From Octopus sinensis (taxonomy: Eukaryota), in the NCBI RefSeq assembly GCF_006345805.1, contig NC_043003.1:96410001-96474000 (forward strand): DNA of 64,000 nt, read 5' to 3'. The notes under the pieces were generated by a model that worked only from the letters and a program-made list of their open reading frames with translations, searched no databases and had not been told where the DNA came from. The position numbers and the translations under genes are program-made. Numbering within the stretch: the first letter of the stretch is position 1; the number at the start of each line of letters is the position of its first letter. Positions 24,480-37,603 of this stretch are shown piece after piece.

Positions 24480-26640
24480 GATATAATAATTTATCAAGAT
24501 GACACTTGCAGTGCTGCCTGCACCATTGATACTTGAAATAGATAAGGCCAGTTTTGATGCTAAAGAGTTAAAAAGATAGTTTAAAACTTTCTAAGATTCC
24601 ACCACACTATCCAACATCTTAAGTCAGAATGAAAGAATAATGCAGACTGTAAAAATGAGGAACCTTTACAAAAAAAATTTGGATCCTTTGATGCCAATTT
24701 ATTGAGATTTCTACTCAATTTACTGATTGATTTTCCATACTAGAAGAAAGCAAAACCCCTCGACATTGATGGGACATAAGAACAGCTTTAACAATAGCTT
24801 TTGATATTGAAGCTTCTTTATGATATGTTCCTACAGCTGGCACAATACCAGGGTGGGGATGTCCAATACAAAGAGGAAGCAAAATGTTATTGATGATAAA
24901 AAAATGACAGAACAGTTTTGGTGTACAATGATCAAAATGCCCTGAAGATGACAAGAAAGATAAAAGTGGCATTCTCAATCAAAATTGGAAGCAAGGCAAG
25001 GTTCAGATGATCAGAAGACCAATGTGCAACAACTGATGATTATGGATATCCTATCACCAAATGAAATTAAGATTGATATCAATGACTTGGCTCATAAATG
25101 ATATATGAAGATATTCTTTTACAACAGTAGTGTTACAAGAGTTTTGTATGTTGATGTCATATGATCCAACCTGAAGTCACATCGATAGAATAAGTACTAG
25201 GCTTACAAAGAATAAGTCCTGGGGTTGATTTGCTCGACTAAAGGCAGTGCTCCAGCATGACCACAGTCAAATGACTGAAACAAGTAAAAGAGTAAAACAG
25301 CTTTTTCAGTAGTCAGGTGTGCTTCCTTTCATTGACAACACAACAGAAATTACAAAGTATCTATAACTATGAATGTGCTTACCAATCTGAAATGGTTCAC
25401 TAGTTATCAACAATTCTGCAAACTTGCCTCATTACAAAATAGGGGGAACTGTCAGCATATAATGTATTCAAATTATAAAGCTAATTATATCTAGGTGTGC
25501 CATTGTCAAAGAAATAACCACAAAATCTGGGAACAAAACATTACTTTCACTAATCTGAACAATTTATGATTGTGATTTTTGAAGGAAAATATTAATGTAA
25601 GAGGTAGAAAAGTCAGCAATTTCCATTCTACTGATGATATTTCTTTAATTCTTTGGGTGTCCAAGCAATTTTCGTAAGCTTGTCCTAAATAGCCATACTT
25701 GTTTTCAGACTTTTAGTTAGCCCTTGTTTCATACACCAAGTAATATAAAGCTTGCCTTTCATAAGTCTCAAGTTACTCGGGTGGTTGAAAAGAAAGATTC
25801 AGAATGTGTACCATATATGATACATGGAAAAGGTAAAGGGTTAAGGTAGAAAATGAAGAATCCAGAGACCTAACAACATGTCTTGCTGAGAATATTAGTT
25901 TAAGAGACATAATGAAGAGGAACATAGAATTGAAGAACTACAGTGGATTTAGCAAAATCAGACTCTGGAAAAAGAATTTTTAAATTAAAGCACTGATGTG
26001 GGTGCTAGTGCTACGTAAAGAGCACCCAATACACTCTGTGGGGTGGTTGGCATTAGGAAGGACATCCAGCCATGGAAACCTAGACAAAAGAGACTATGGA
26101 ACTTGGTGCAGCCCCTGGCCTTGCTAGTTCCTGTCAAGTCATCCAACCCAGGTCAGCATGGAAAATGGACATAAAATATTGATGATGATGATGATGACAA
26201 AAAACATATTTTTATAAAGAGCAACAGTAATCTCAGCTGTACTGTATAGATACAGATAGGTTAGATGTTGAAAGTAAGAAAATGACCATGGCTTTTAAAA
26301 TATAATTGTATAGAAAGAAGCTTTGCATTCCATAATAGTGGGGGGCCCAATACAACCACAATCTCTGGCTGAAACTAATGACAGAATAATGCAGAACATC
26401 AGCGTTAGGAAGACCGCAAACAATGAAACCCTTTTGTTGATTGTTAAAAGACTGAAAAGTAAGTAGTTTGTTAACGTAACAGAAAACCATGACACACTGC
26501 TTCTAGTATATGTGGTAATTCACACAGAAACCCTTGGTGAAAGGAAGGATAGAAATGCGAGAGCAAGATGGTAGAAAACATAGGGGAGGAAGCTGTGCCG
26601 CATGTAGTGAGTTTAATGCCCTTTCAAGGCAATGACTTTT
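24480..26640 (+). mobile_element. Old, highly degenerate RTE LINE reverse-transcriptase remnant broken by SINEs
   Basis: Traces KAKPLDIDG, NINVRGRKVSNFHSTDDISLI (RYADD-equivalent), AFKI*LYRKKLCIP; many stops. Confidence 0.55.
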
Positions 26641-27190
26641 GATTGATTGAGTTCTGAAATGAGCTATTATTGGCTGGATAGAATATGAAAAGAAAAAGTC
26701 TATCTTTAACCACAGCCACAGCTAATGTTAAGGTTTATATATAATGGTAAAACAAAATGACAAATTCTGGAAATCACCAGCAGCACCAGTCGTAGTTGTT
26801 GTCGTTGTTGTTATCATCATCATTTAACATTCGTTGTCCACGATGGCATGTATAATTTTTATAACTGTTAGCTGTAGTATAAATGTAAACAAATTATGAT
26901 GATGTCCCTTCAACAGTATTTAAACCATAAAACAATGCCTGTTCAACTGGCAAAAGTGCTTGGGTATAAAATCTTTACAATATAATATAATTATAAAATA
27001 ATACATATAACAAAATATCATACATTTTAAAACAGTTTGTGTTTTTGACAGAATTGGTTACTTGATCTGTGGCAGGAATTTCAACAAAAATATAAAACTG
27101 ATTGGTAATTTCTTCAATATTTCTTTACTCCTCAGCAAGGAGTGGTGGTGGCAAGGGCAGTGGTGGTTTTCAGCAGAATTGTTATTTTGA

Positions 27191-27567
27191 CTATGAGCGT
27201 CTATACTTTTTACCACTTGTGCTATTAGTTCCCTTTTTTGGTGGATGAATGGTACAGCCTGCTGGATAAAAGTTCACATTATTGTAATTATGAACATCCC
27301 CTTTGTATAAAGACCAATTTACACGAGAACTGTCTACATCAAGTTTATTGTTAACTTTCTCTGTTTCCTGATGGTCGTCACATGAGGAATATTTGGAATC
27401 CTCCATGTTTGAGCTACTGCTTTCCTTCTCAGTCCGCCAACAATTTAATTTGGACCTAGAATCAGATGATAGCTCTAGAAACTTTCTTAGTCCCGGTGTG
27501 AAGTCACTCTGAAAAATCTTTTGAGCAGCTTCAACTAAAATATCTTCTTCTTCAGGCTCTTTAGAAT
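27191..27567 (-). CDS. EXD1: EXD1 coding exon 12 (terminal)
   Basis: Acceptor ttttaag| at 27569-27568; phase 1 matches exon 11; 124 codons (SKEPEEEDILVEAAQKIF...KKYRRS) to TAG at 27193-27191. Confidence 0.7.
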
Positions 27568-28101
27568 CTTAAAATGAAAAATAAAAAAAATAAAATTAGT
27601 ACCATTAAAAATTGTGATAGATTTTTTTTAAAATTTCGTTTAAATGTAAACTGTTTTGAATGTAATCACTTGGGTTAAACTAAACTTTGCTTAATTTTAA
27701 AATACAATGAATAAATTCTAATAATTAGAGCTAAATATTTGCGCACCATGTGAATTAGTGTCTAGCTTGATTAATATCAACTTTGGAATGCAGAGTTTGA
27801 CATCTGTTATATCTGTAAGCCTATGGCAAACCCCAGCCCTGTTCTATTTAAACTTTCTTCTTCTTCAACAATTAGGCTGTGTTGTCCAATTCTAAATTTC
27901 CTCAGGTAAGCTAGCTCGCTCTTGCAGTAAGTAGAGGCCTTGTGGTGAATACAGATCATTATCCTTCTTTTTACAGGCAATATCAAGCAATAATGACTAT
28001 GCTTACTTGACTTGTAATATTAAATTATAAAATCTATTTAGAATTAAAAGAAGGTTATTGTTCGTTCGTGAGAAGACCCACCCACATTAGTGAAACTGAT
28101 T

Positions 28102-28465
28102 TCTAGAAGGGTTGTGTTCCACCCACACTCAACAAGAAAACTTCTCACACACTCTACCACAACAAACCAAACTGTGTCTCTACATCTCTTCCTCACATTT
28201 CTGCTTCATGCACTATGCTTACCTCCCACTCCCCAATCCTGTCCTCTTGGCCCTGTGCCACTGTATCATAGCTATCCACAAGCCCCCGACCTGTGTGTTC
28301 CACCCACATGTAACAAGAAAACTTTTCACTCACCCTACCCTAACAAACCAATTTACATTTTCACATCTCTTCCTCACATTTCCTCCTTCATACACTATGC
28401 CTAGCTCTCACCCCACCAATCCTGTCCTCACGGTCCTGTTCCACTGTATCAGTACTACCTGGTAG
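28102..28465. repeat. Diverged two-unit tandem repeat, period ~181 bp, C-rich on the + strand
   Basis: GTGTTCCACCCACA...ACAAGAAAACTT...AACAAACCA...CACTATGC...CTGTATCA recurs at about 28114 and 28295. Confidence 0.75.
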
Positions 28466-29843
28466 CCTCCAGACTATATACATGCAGGTTTTCGCCACTC
28501 ACTCCACTCTTTAATCACACTTCCTTTGCAATATCCTACCACTTATGTTATGGCATTTGAACCTCAAGGGTATGCCCTCTTTCTTCCTTTACTCAACCAT
28601 ATCATTTATATTCTGATCCCCATCCCTTGTAAGTATGCCTGGCATTTTGCCACCATCTCTATGCTGTTGTCCCCTACTCTCTCTCTCCTCCTGCACTTCC
28701 CTCAGGTTGGGTATCCATGTATTTCCTTTGTGGTAGAGCACCTGTTTCTATCTTCATTCCTGATCTCTCTCTCTCCAGCTGGGTAACCTTGTACTACCTC
28801 TGCAGCAAGACACCTGTTTCTGTCTCTCTGTTTCAATATAACCTTTCATCATCTAACATAAGATCACCTCCTCCAATGCCCCCTCTCCTCTTGAAAATTT
28901 TTTTTTGTCTTGCAAGTACTCGGTGATCTTGTCAGTGAAGGTGCCATTTACAAGCACCTAGTCCAGTTGTAAAAACCTTGCCAAAACTGACCTCGCCTGT
29001 GCTTGTACCATGTAAAAAGCACTAAGTCCACTCTGCTGAGTGGTTGGTTTTGAGAAGGACATCCAGTTGTAAGAGTCCTGCCAAAACAGTCACAGAAGTC
29101 TGGTACAGGCTTCTGCCTGGCCAACTCTTGTGAAACCGTCCCACCCATGCTAGCAAAGAAGGCAGATGTTAAATGATGTTCAAACAATGAAAAAAAAAAT
29201 ACATAAGAGATTTAACCCTTTAGTATTTGGATTGCTGTCAAATGTTAAGCTTAATTATTCTGGTTATTTTGAATGTCTTATGGCTTTAAGACTGATGAAA
29301 TGATTGTTTATTTTTAGAATGACATTGCAGGATAGGTGTGAGAGGTTAGATCTGACCAATTAGAACATAAAATGGATAGAATATTTGGGCTACATATGGC
29401 TGGTTTAAATGCTAAAAACTTAAAGTAATTAGTGCAAAGTGTCTCATCTGTGAGACAATGTCACAAAATATAATTCTAGTATTCATAACTATATCTTACT
29501 TGGCCTTCCTCCACAAGTATCCACCACAGTGAGCTCATCACACTTTTTTCACCAAATAGACATCTACCTTATCAATCAAGATCATTTCTCAGATGCTGTA
29601 GGGATTTTGTAATCTCAGATACAAATTAGTTATTTGGTTTTCGCAATAATGGCTTCTAAGATTGACAACTCTAGATATTAGGATATTTTCTGAGACTTTT
29701 CAAGATATTCTGCATTCAGAATCCAGTCAATGGCTCATAGCCAGCTCATCATCACATATGCTAATGTATATCTGAATTACAGCTTGAAAAATCAGTGACA
29801 TTAATTCAACTGTCTCCAGACTAGTTCTTTAACCCTTGTTAAA

Positions 29844-30160
29844 GCACGTGGCTTAGTGGGTAGGGTATTCAGCTCACAACCATAAGGTCAGGAGTTCAAC
29901 TCCCAATGACGTGATGTGTCTTTGAGCAAGACACTTTATTTCACATTGCCCTAATCCACTCAGCTGGCACAAATGAGTAGTACTTGTATTTCAAAGGATC
30001 AGCCTTGTCACATTTTGTGTCACTGAATCTCCCTAGGAACTATAATAAGAGTATGCATGTCTGTGGAATGCTCAACCACTTGCACTTTGATTTCGTGAGC
30101 AGGCTGTTCTGTTGATTGGATCAACTGGAACCCACAATGTCATAATCAACAGAGTGCCAG
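29844..30160 (+). mobile_element. tRNA-derived SINE, family D (representative)
   Basis: GTGGCTTAGTGG...GAGTTCAA head; TGTGTC(C/T)TTGAGCAAGACACTTTATTTCAC core; TCAACTGGAACCC tail. Others at 19190-19420(-), 20780-21060(+), 38940-39125(+), 58900-59165 plus 59850-59900(+, split by a CR1 fragment). Confidence 0.8.
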
Positions 30161-30497
30161 AAAATGTACACTCTGCAATGGTCATATACACTGCAAGCTT
30201 CCACAATCTAAAAAATTTTCCCAAGTCAAATTTAGTTGCCATAAAGGCTGCTTTCTTAGTTAAGACTTAAGGTACCCAGTTCTATTGACATGCTACCTTA
30301 AGTGACAGAATATTCATCACTTTACTCAGTATGTTAAAATGTCTTCTTAGTTTAATTATTTCATCACTGTATGTGAACAAATCAATGTACCTGTTACCCA
30401 TAGAATATGTAATGAATTCTCAAGCATTCATAAATGTGAAAGCCAACATTTTAATCAGATAGAAGGTTAAACTAAAATTTAGTTGTAACATACTTAC

Positions 30498-31335
30498 TCT
30501 TAAGACTAGTGAAGTCCATGTTTCTGACTGGTGTGTTTTTACTGTCCGAGCTACTATCTGATAATTCCTTATCTGATGATTCCTCTGTGAAATTTTTAGA
30601 TGTTGAAATTGCTTTGTTCTTTATGAATCGTTTGGAATGAAGTGAAGGATCTGGAGTGTTCATGTAATTTTTATGAGATGGTGATTCTTTGTCCTTAAGG
30701 TAGTCTTTAAGGTGAGCAGACTGATGCCTTGTTTCTTTGTGATCTTTGAACATTGTTGAGGAAAATGAATTACATTGTGCAGAAGGCTGTTGACAATCCT
30801 CATATTCTTTATATGAAGAAAGTTCTTTGTTTTTTGAGAAGTCTTTAAAACATGTGCAGCATTCTTTACCACACAAGGTCTCCTGCACAGATGTTCTTTT
30901 GATATTTTCAAAATGTTTATGTGAAGACTGCTCTTTAACATATTCAAAATCTTTCTGATATGGACGCTCTTTCTTGCTTAAGAAGTCTTCACAATCTTTT
31001 AATGATTCTTTATCATTTAAAAAGTGTTTAAGTGTTGAATGACCTTTGCTGTCTGCCAATTTTTTACATGAAGAAGATTTTTCACCATTTTTACAGACTT
31101 TATTATGATGTGAAGGAAACACCTTGGAGGCTTTCTGACACTTCGTATCCTTAACATTTACAAAATTTTCAGAAGACTGCAAGGTTTTTTTATTTGAAGT
31201 TGGAGAATTACAAGAACAACTTTTGGGTTGTCTAAAATAAACTGGTCTATTTTCCTTATTTTTGAAACTTTCTTTGATAACATGAGTAAATTTATGTAGA
31301 TCAGAAAAAGATTTCGGCAAATACTCTCTTTTATT
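30498..31335 (-). CDS. EXD1: EXD1 coding exon 11 (K/S/E-rich tail)
   Basis: Acceptor (t)n ccag| at 31337-31336; starts NKREYLPKSFSDLHKF, resembling the ELPEELLQL segment of EXD1; donor A|GTAAGT at 30497; 838 nt, phase 0 to 1. Confidence 0.8.
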
Positions 31336-32953
31336 CTGGAAAAAAAAAAAAAATGATATATGAGGCAGGGAAATAATAGTCAAATCAGCTTATTTATTAA
31401 ATCAACATAATAATAAAAGTGAATCCCATAAACTAATTGGGCCTTTTAAGCCTATTTGATATCTGATTTAGAACAAGATCAGTAATTTTAAGGGGAAGGG
31501 ATATGTCAATACCATCAATCACTGTACATGAGTGATAGTGAAGATGAATTCAGTAGACTAATTGATTTCTGAACAGGGCCAGCAAATTTGAGGTGAGGAG
31601 CTAAGTTGACACCACTGATCCTAACTTATAATTTATTTTATTGACTCCTTTCGGGGGTCAATATACACATGAAATATATGTCAGGTATATGTCTATCTAT
31701 CTATAACATATATACATACACACACACACATAGTGTAGTTGTTATGGCCAGTCAGGGAGTTACCATTGGTTTCACACCTCTTAGCGATATAGGCACCTTG
31801 TCAGAAGTGCTGGGCAGAAGCACATCACTTCTCTATTATGAGATAGGAATACAATCTTGGCCAGTCAGGGTTGCAAAAAAAAAAACCCAAAAAATAAACC
31901 CTGAAACAAATTTCTGCTAAGCAACATCCTTTCTGGGCAAGATAGAATAGTGTGTTATTTTTGGAATTTACTGAACGATGTGCATTATCATCATCGTCAT
32001 CATCATTGGTCAGCTGAAGAGCTGTTTTGGCTTGGTTTCTACAACTGAATGCCCTTCCTAATGCCAACCACTTTGCAGAGTATACTGGGTGCTTTTATGT
32101 GTGGTTCCTTGCTATGACATTATGTACTATTTGTAAATGTTTCCATACTACAAACAGTGTCATTTGTTTTCAATCTTCCAAGAAAACATGTCCATCTGTT
32201 CTTTAGTCTTTTACTTGTATCAGTCATTAGATTACAGCCATGCTAGAGCACCACCTTGAAGGGTATTAGTCAAACAAATCTTCAGTCAAGAACCAGATCA
32301 TCCTCACAATTTCCGCTAATTAATCTTGAGATTGCTCCAATCTGGCCAGCCCCAAGGAAAAACTAAGCTAAGAGCATTAGATTCCTTGGGAAAAAAGCAT
32401 CGAATGTATACGAAACAAGGACGGAAAAACAGACTATAAATACAAAAATACAATAAAACAACAATTATATATATATATAGACACACATGATGGGCTTCTT
32501 TCAGTTTCCGTCTACCAAATCCTTTCACAAAGCTTTGGTTGGGAAGAGGTTGTAGTAGAAGACACTTGCCCAAGATGCCATTCATGAGAAAATAATATCT
32601 TACTTGGAAACAGGCGAGAGAAGACAAAACAAAGGACAGATGATTGTAGGAAATCTGGTTCAACAAATTCCATCCAACTAATGGAAGCATGAAAAAGTGG
32701 ATGTTAATAATATATATCATATATTATCATCATCATCATAATGAACCAAATCAGTGATACAGGTTTCATTCCCTGTAGACCCATTTTACTTATTTACCTA
32801 TTCCTTGTTACTGGATGTAAAGAACAGCCTGAAAAAGAATGTGCTCAATAATACTGACAAACAAACTGAGGATAAAACCTTTAGCAATGACTTAACCACC
32901 TATTCAAAGCTACAAAAGCATCTCTTTTATCATACGCTGCATATATGACAACT

Positions 32954-33232
32954 CAGTTCACCCACTGGACGCCTACAGTGGGTGAACTGAGCCGGGATGT
33001 CCTTCTCCCAACTCCACTTCCCAACTGGCAGAAAAGCGCAAGCAGGCAGCTGAAGACCTGGGTTATGACGATCAAGGAGGACCTCTCTGTGCTCACGGGA
33101 CCGCGGGTGGTCGGCCTGCGCCGATGGAACCGTCGTGTGTGGGCTGCGATGGTTCGAGATACCTCGAGGGTGGTAGAAGAAGCCGACTCAACCCACCCAG
33201 GGTGGATGTCGCCACAAGTACAAGTAAGTAGT
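32954..33232 (+). mobile_element. 5'-truncated GC-rich RTE-type LINE 3' end with 13-bp TSD
   Basis: TSD ATATATGACAACT at 32941-32953 and 33233-33245; ORF remnant RQLKTWVMTIKEDL...RRVWAAMVRD; CAAGTA-type tail. Confidence 0.85.
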
Positions 33233-33277
33233 ATATATGACAACTGTAAAAAAAAAGATAGGTCTAAAACTACTCAC

Positions 33278-33469
33278 CAATGTCCAGAGAGCTTCAGAAT
33301 CATTCAAGTCCCTCGTAGTCCCAAGGTAAATATCTACACATGCCAAATATTCAACCATCATTTTGTTCATTAATAAATGTCCTAGTTCTTCTATGTAGAC
33401 AACACTTGAATACAGACGTTCTGCTAGTGAGGCAGAAAGTGGATGTTGAGTCCAAAAATCTTCTTCTTG
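33278..33469 (-). CDS. EXD1: EXD1 coding exon 10 (ExoIII region)
   Basis: cag|...|gtgag; 192 nt; QEEDFWTQHPLSASLAERLYSSVVYIEELGHLLMNKMMVEYLACVDIYLG, matching the EXD1 W..RP...ATYL..L...MM...VD.YL pattern. Confidence 0.92.
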
Positions 33470-33637
33470 CTGATCAAATCATAAAGAATAAGAAATTAGT
33501 AGGAACAGAAAAATTTTGTTGACTTAGTTCAATGTTGATTTTAAAGTGGGTGATAACATTGTCAATTGAATCAAGCTAAGTTTATAACTTTAATGTAAGT
33601 CCTAAAACTGAAGGTTGGTGCTCTGATTTAGATTTAA

Positions 33638-33845
33638 CCTTTTAGCATTCAGATTACTTTGTCAAATGTAATGCTTATATATATTTAAATTGCTTTGAAT
33701 TAACCATGCATTATCTCATAGCTTCAAGATTTTGATGATGTGATTGTTTATTTTTAGAAAGGCATGAGAGGCTGGATCTGGTCAGTGTGAACATAAAACA
33801 GGTAGAATATCAGGGCTGGATATAGCCAGCTTGAATGCTAAAGGA
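33638..33845. mobile_element. TTAA-flanked piggyBac-like MITE (representative)
   Basis: TTAA|CCTTTTAGCATTCA ... TGAATGCTAAAGGA|TTAA. Related copies at about 29213-29425, 40217-40455, 54196-54400 and 57420-57840 (split by a CR1 fragment). Confidence 0.7.
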
Positions 33846-34568
33846 TTAAGTAGAAGAGAGAGAAATCTCCCATACAAATAGAATGTAGGTCAGCCTATTA
33901 CAGCTAATATTTCCTGGTAAGTTGATACCAATTTCTGACATACAGAAGGAATGAAACACATAAAATTAAATACTGAATTCAAGATCAATAAGTTGGTATT
34001 TATTTTATTAAATTCAGAGAAATGAAAGACAACTCCAGTGAGATCTGAACTAAAATTTTACAACAATCTGATATTCTATTTTTTTTACTATCAATTTAAA
34101 TAACAATTTTATTTATTTTTTAAAAAATATTGAAGCTAATTTGAATTGTAAATGTTGTCCTACATCTCTAGTTTGGTTTATGAAGAAAACAAATTCTTAA
34201 TTTTATTAATGTGAAATATGTGAACTGTGTACAAAAAAGAACTAACTTAAAGATCCTTTCATATAGTTCAACCACATAAAAGACACCTGTGTGATTGATG
34301 TGTAAGGGCACTCTTGCTGGTAACGTGTAAAAAACACCCAGTACACTCTGTAAAGTGGTTGATGTCAGGAAGGGCATCCAGCTGTAACAACCAAGCCAAA
34401 ACAGACGTCTGGAATTTGGTGCAGATGTCTAGCTTACCAGCTCCAGTCAAACCGCCTACCCTATGCCAGCATGGGAAAGGACATTAAATGATGATAATGA
34501 CGATGAACTCACCATTATCAACTTTAGCAAAGCAGTTAAAAAGAATATCACCAGAGTAGCTAACTTAC

Positions 34569-34724
34569 TTTTGATCTGTTTTGCCTGATTCGGATGCAAG
34601 ATATCTGTTCTGTGCTTAGTTCCAAGTGACCATATAAACAAGCAGCCAGGTTCTGGACATGTTTTGGCCACGTATCTCGATGACCACACCCATGCCATAT
34701 ACGATGAACAAACACATCAGCAAC
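34569..34724 (-). CDS. EXD1: EXD1 coding exon 9
   Basis: tttttcag|GTT...AAA|gtaagt; 156 nt; VADVFVHRIWHG...WPKHVQNLAACLYGHL (EXD1 VAD...LP....L...L..HL). Confidence 0.92.
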
Positions 34725-35771
34725 CTGAAAAATTTAGCAGGAATAACATAAAAATATAATACTTCTATTCTCAAATTAAAAGTCTAACTTAAAAATCACG
34801 GCAGTCACACTCATATAAAATCTATTGTTATTATTATTGATTTCAAATTTTGGCACAAGGCCAGCAATTTCAGGGTAGGGGGATGAGTCAAATATGTCAA
34901 CCCCAGTGGTGTGGAGAGAGAAGGTGGTTGGTATGCATGGGCAGTTGCTGGTCTTCCATAAACAACTTAGCCTGGACTGGTGCTTCAGAGGGTAACTTTC
35001 TAGGCACAATCCCATGGAAATTCATGATTAAAGAGGGAAGCCTCGCCTGGCCCCTGTGCCGGTGGCACGTAAAAAGCACCATCTGATCATGGCCGTTTGC
35101 CAGCCTTGTCTGGCACGTATAAAGCACCCACTACACTCACGGAGTAGTTGGTGCTAGGAAGGGCATCCAGCCGTAGAAACCTTGCCAGATCAGACTGGGC
35201 CTGGTGCAGCCTTCTGGCTTCCCAGACCCCAGTTGGACCGTCCAACCCATGCTAGCATGGAAAGTGGACGCTAAATGATGATGATGATGATGATTTACTC
35301 TTTATGTTCGACAAAGAAATCTGAATGTTAAAGGGTTAAAGTGATTTAAATTAAAACTTTCTATCATGTTAAATTAATGTTTCCAACACCAGCTAAATAA
35401 TGACAACTAAATTCTTCATAAATTTTCAAAATTAATTGAAACAAAGGCAATGCATTTCATTAGAAAATTGGCAATGAAAGCATAAACCTGCAACAAAGAC
35501 AATGAATTTTGGTCATCAATAATTTGATCTGACTAAAGTGAATTGTGCCGATTTTCCATTTCAAGGCAAACTGATATATGTATGGTTCAGGGAGCTAGGT
35601 TATTTTGCAAGGAATACTTAAACATGGAAAATTTGGAGATGTGATGCACAGAGATGGGGGTGGGGAAACTGCAGTTTGGGTGACAGGCAGACCAGACTTT
35701 TGTAATATCACCATCATCCTTTAACGTCTGTTTTCCATGCTGGGATGGGTTGGAAACTATCTGATATTACC

Positions 35772-36020
35772 CAGTGGTAAAAATATATTCCCATATTCCC
35801 AATATTCTTCCTCATATGTTGGGTAACCATCTAAAGGCCTTGTCAGTGGCAAAAGAGGAAGAGGTCGACCAAGAACTCGCTGGCTTGACACCATCAAGAG
35901 TGATACCGGAATGGACATAGCCAGTCTGAAAGAAGCAGCCCAGGATAGAACTGACTGGAGGACACTGATCCATGGAGTAACCGAGAGTCGACTTCGACTG
36001 AGCGGATAGATAGAACAAGA
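35772..36020 (+). mobile_element. 5'-truncated RTE LINE 3' end with 10-bp TSD
   Basis: TSD TGATATTACC at 35762-35771 and 36021-36030; GKRGRGRPRTRWLDTIKSDTG...AAQDRTDWRTLIHGVTESRLRLSG*. Confidence 0.9.
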
Positions 36021-36269
36021 TGATATTACCTCACAATAAAGTAGGGAAATTTTTGAGATAGGAAGTTTCAATTGTAGTGGTAGAGATAGATGGAGAGTTA
36101 ATAAAGATAGGAGGCACAGGAAGAGGAGATAAATGTACTATTTAAGAGAGGGGGGAGAGTGAAGTACCAGTAGTAAGCAGAACAATATCAAGGAGTACTG
36201 TTTGTATGAGTTTTAAAAAAATAGAAAACTCATTAAATTTTTTTTAAATTACATTTGAAAAATACTTAC

Positions 36270-36350
36270 CTGTGTATCAAAAACATTTGCTAATTGCACA
36301 TTATATTTGTTGTAGAGAAGATCTGATATAAAACGGCAATCATGGATAAA
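36270..36350 (-). CDS. EXD1: EXD1 coding exon 8 (ExoII region)
   Basis: tttcag|...CAG|gtaagt; 81 nt; FIHDCRFISDLLYNKYNVQLANVFDTQ, the characteristic IHDCR...VFDTQ motif. Confidence 0.95.
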
Positions 36351-37498
36351 CTGAAACAGAAAGACACAATACAAAATACCTCTTTAATTTTTGTTTATAA
36401 AATATGAAAAAAAAAACAATAACAATAAAATACACAGCTTTTAGTGACATGTTTATAGTTGAGTCTGAGTCTGTGGCAGTGGAGACCTCCAGTGTTCTCA
36501 GCCCGCAGAACATATCCCTGCTCACCACTATCAGGGCAGAAACTACTGTCTACAAAGGTGAGCCCTGTGTGTCAGAGTGGCTGTTTCGGCGCATCTCCAT
36601 CATATTCTGGGGCAACACCTTTTCCATTTTGTCTGCTGGGACTATTCATTCCTTAATGTAAAGTTATTCCTAATAATATTTAATCTACCTCAACAGGTGT
36701 GATGATGGTGATAATATTTAGAATTATAATGGTGAGGATGAAAAAGACAAGACAAGTGATAATGATGGTGTTCTTCATGATGATGATGAGGAGGAGAACA
36801 ATAATGATTTAGATGGTCAACTGAAGATAAAAAGTAAAAAGTACAGACCCAAATAAAGAATACTAAGTTATTGAACAAGATCGAATAAAACTGTTCCTGT
36901 GATGTGTTCTATTGTGTTGGATACCTCTTGGACAGCATTCACTAAAGGGACTGCTTTCAGTGAATTGCTTTATGTCATTGGTCAGTGTTAACATAAGTGG
37001 GGTAGATTTTACAAATTCTGACATTTCTTTATACTTAGAGCATCATTTCTACATCTATCCTACCATTTGTAAACAGAATCTGCTTGTCAAATTGACAAGC
37101 CAAAGAAAGTGTTATTATGTATCTCATGAACTCTCTGGTTCTCAAAATTCACTTTGTGTTTTATTTTTAACTAAACAGTTTTGTGCTATGCTCAATGGGG
37201 AATATGCAACACATGTAGCAGTAAGGTTTCAAGTCCTGACCAACTGGTTACTAAACAAGCTCTTACTCTGTTGAGCCGCATAACGTTAAAACTAGGTTCT
37301 ATTAACATTCTCTATTATGATAACTACATTGTGCATGAACCCTAAACAGGATTTAAGTGCAGAACTGAGAGATGAAAAGAAATATTGTAATGTATCCAGT
37401 TCTAATCTCTAGTAACAACCAAACTCACACTCCTTATAATGAACAGAACTTTAATAATACAAAGTAATTATTCTTTCTCATAAATAAAAATGACTAAC

Positions 37499-37603
37499 TT
37501 TAGTTATAGTCAAGTCCTCTAAAATGGCTTTCAGTCCAAGACTGAAAATTTTCTTCTCCAAAGTTCTAAAGTCAAAAATATAGACGTGTGATTTCACTGC
37601 TAT
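37499..37603 (-). CDS. EXD1: EXD1 coding exon 7
   Basis: ttacag|...AAA|gttagt; 105 nt; IAVKSHVYIFDFRTLEKKIFSLGLKAILEDLTITK (EXD1 VYLFD...GL..ILED..I.K). Confidence 0.93.

Noticed and set aside
29480-29800. Possible extra EXD1 exon ending in CCA A|gtaag
   Set aside because: Frames contain stops and read as a degenerate RTE fragment (KKCDELTVVDTCGGRP); exons 11 and 12 join in phase without it.
30472-30497. ORF-track stop as the end of EXD1
   Set aside because: A consensus donor A|GTAAGT at 30497 and a phase-matched open exon at 27567 are more parsimonious, though intron retention cannot be excluded.
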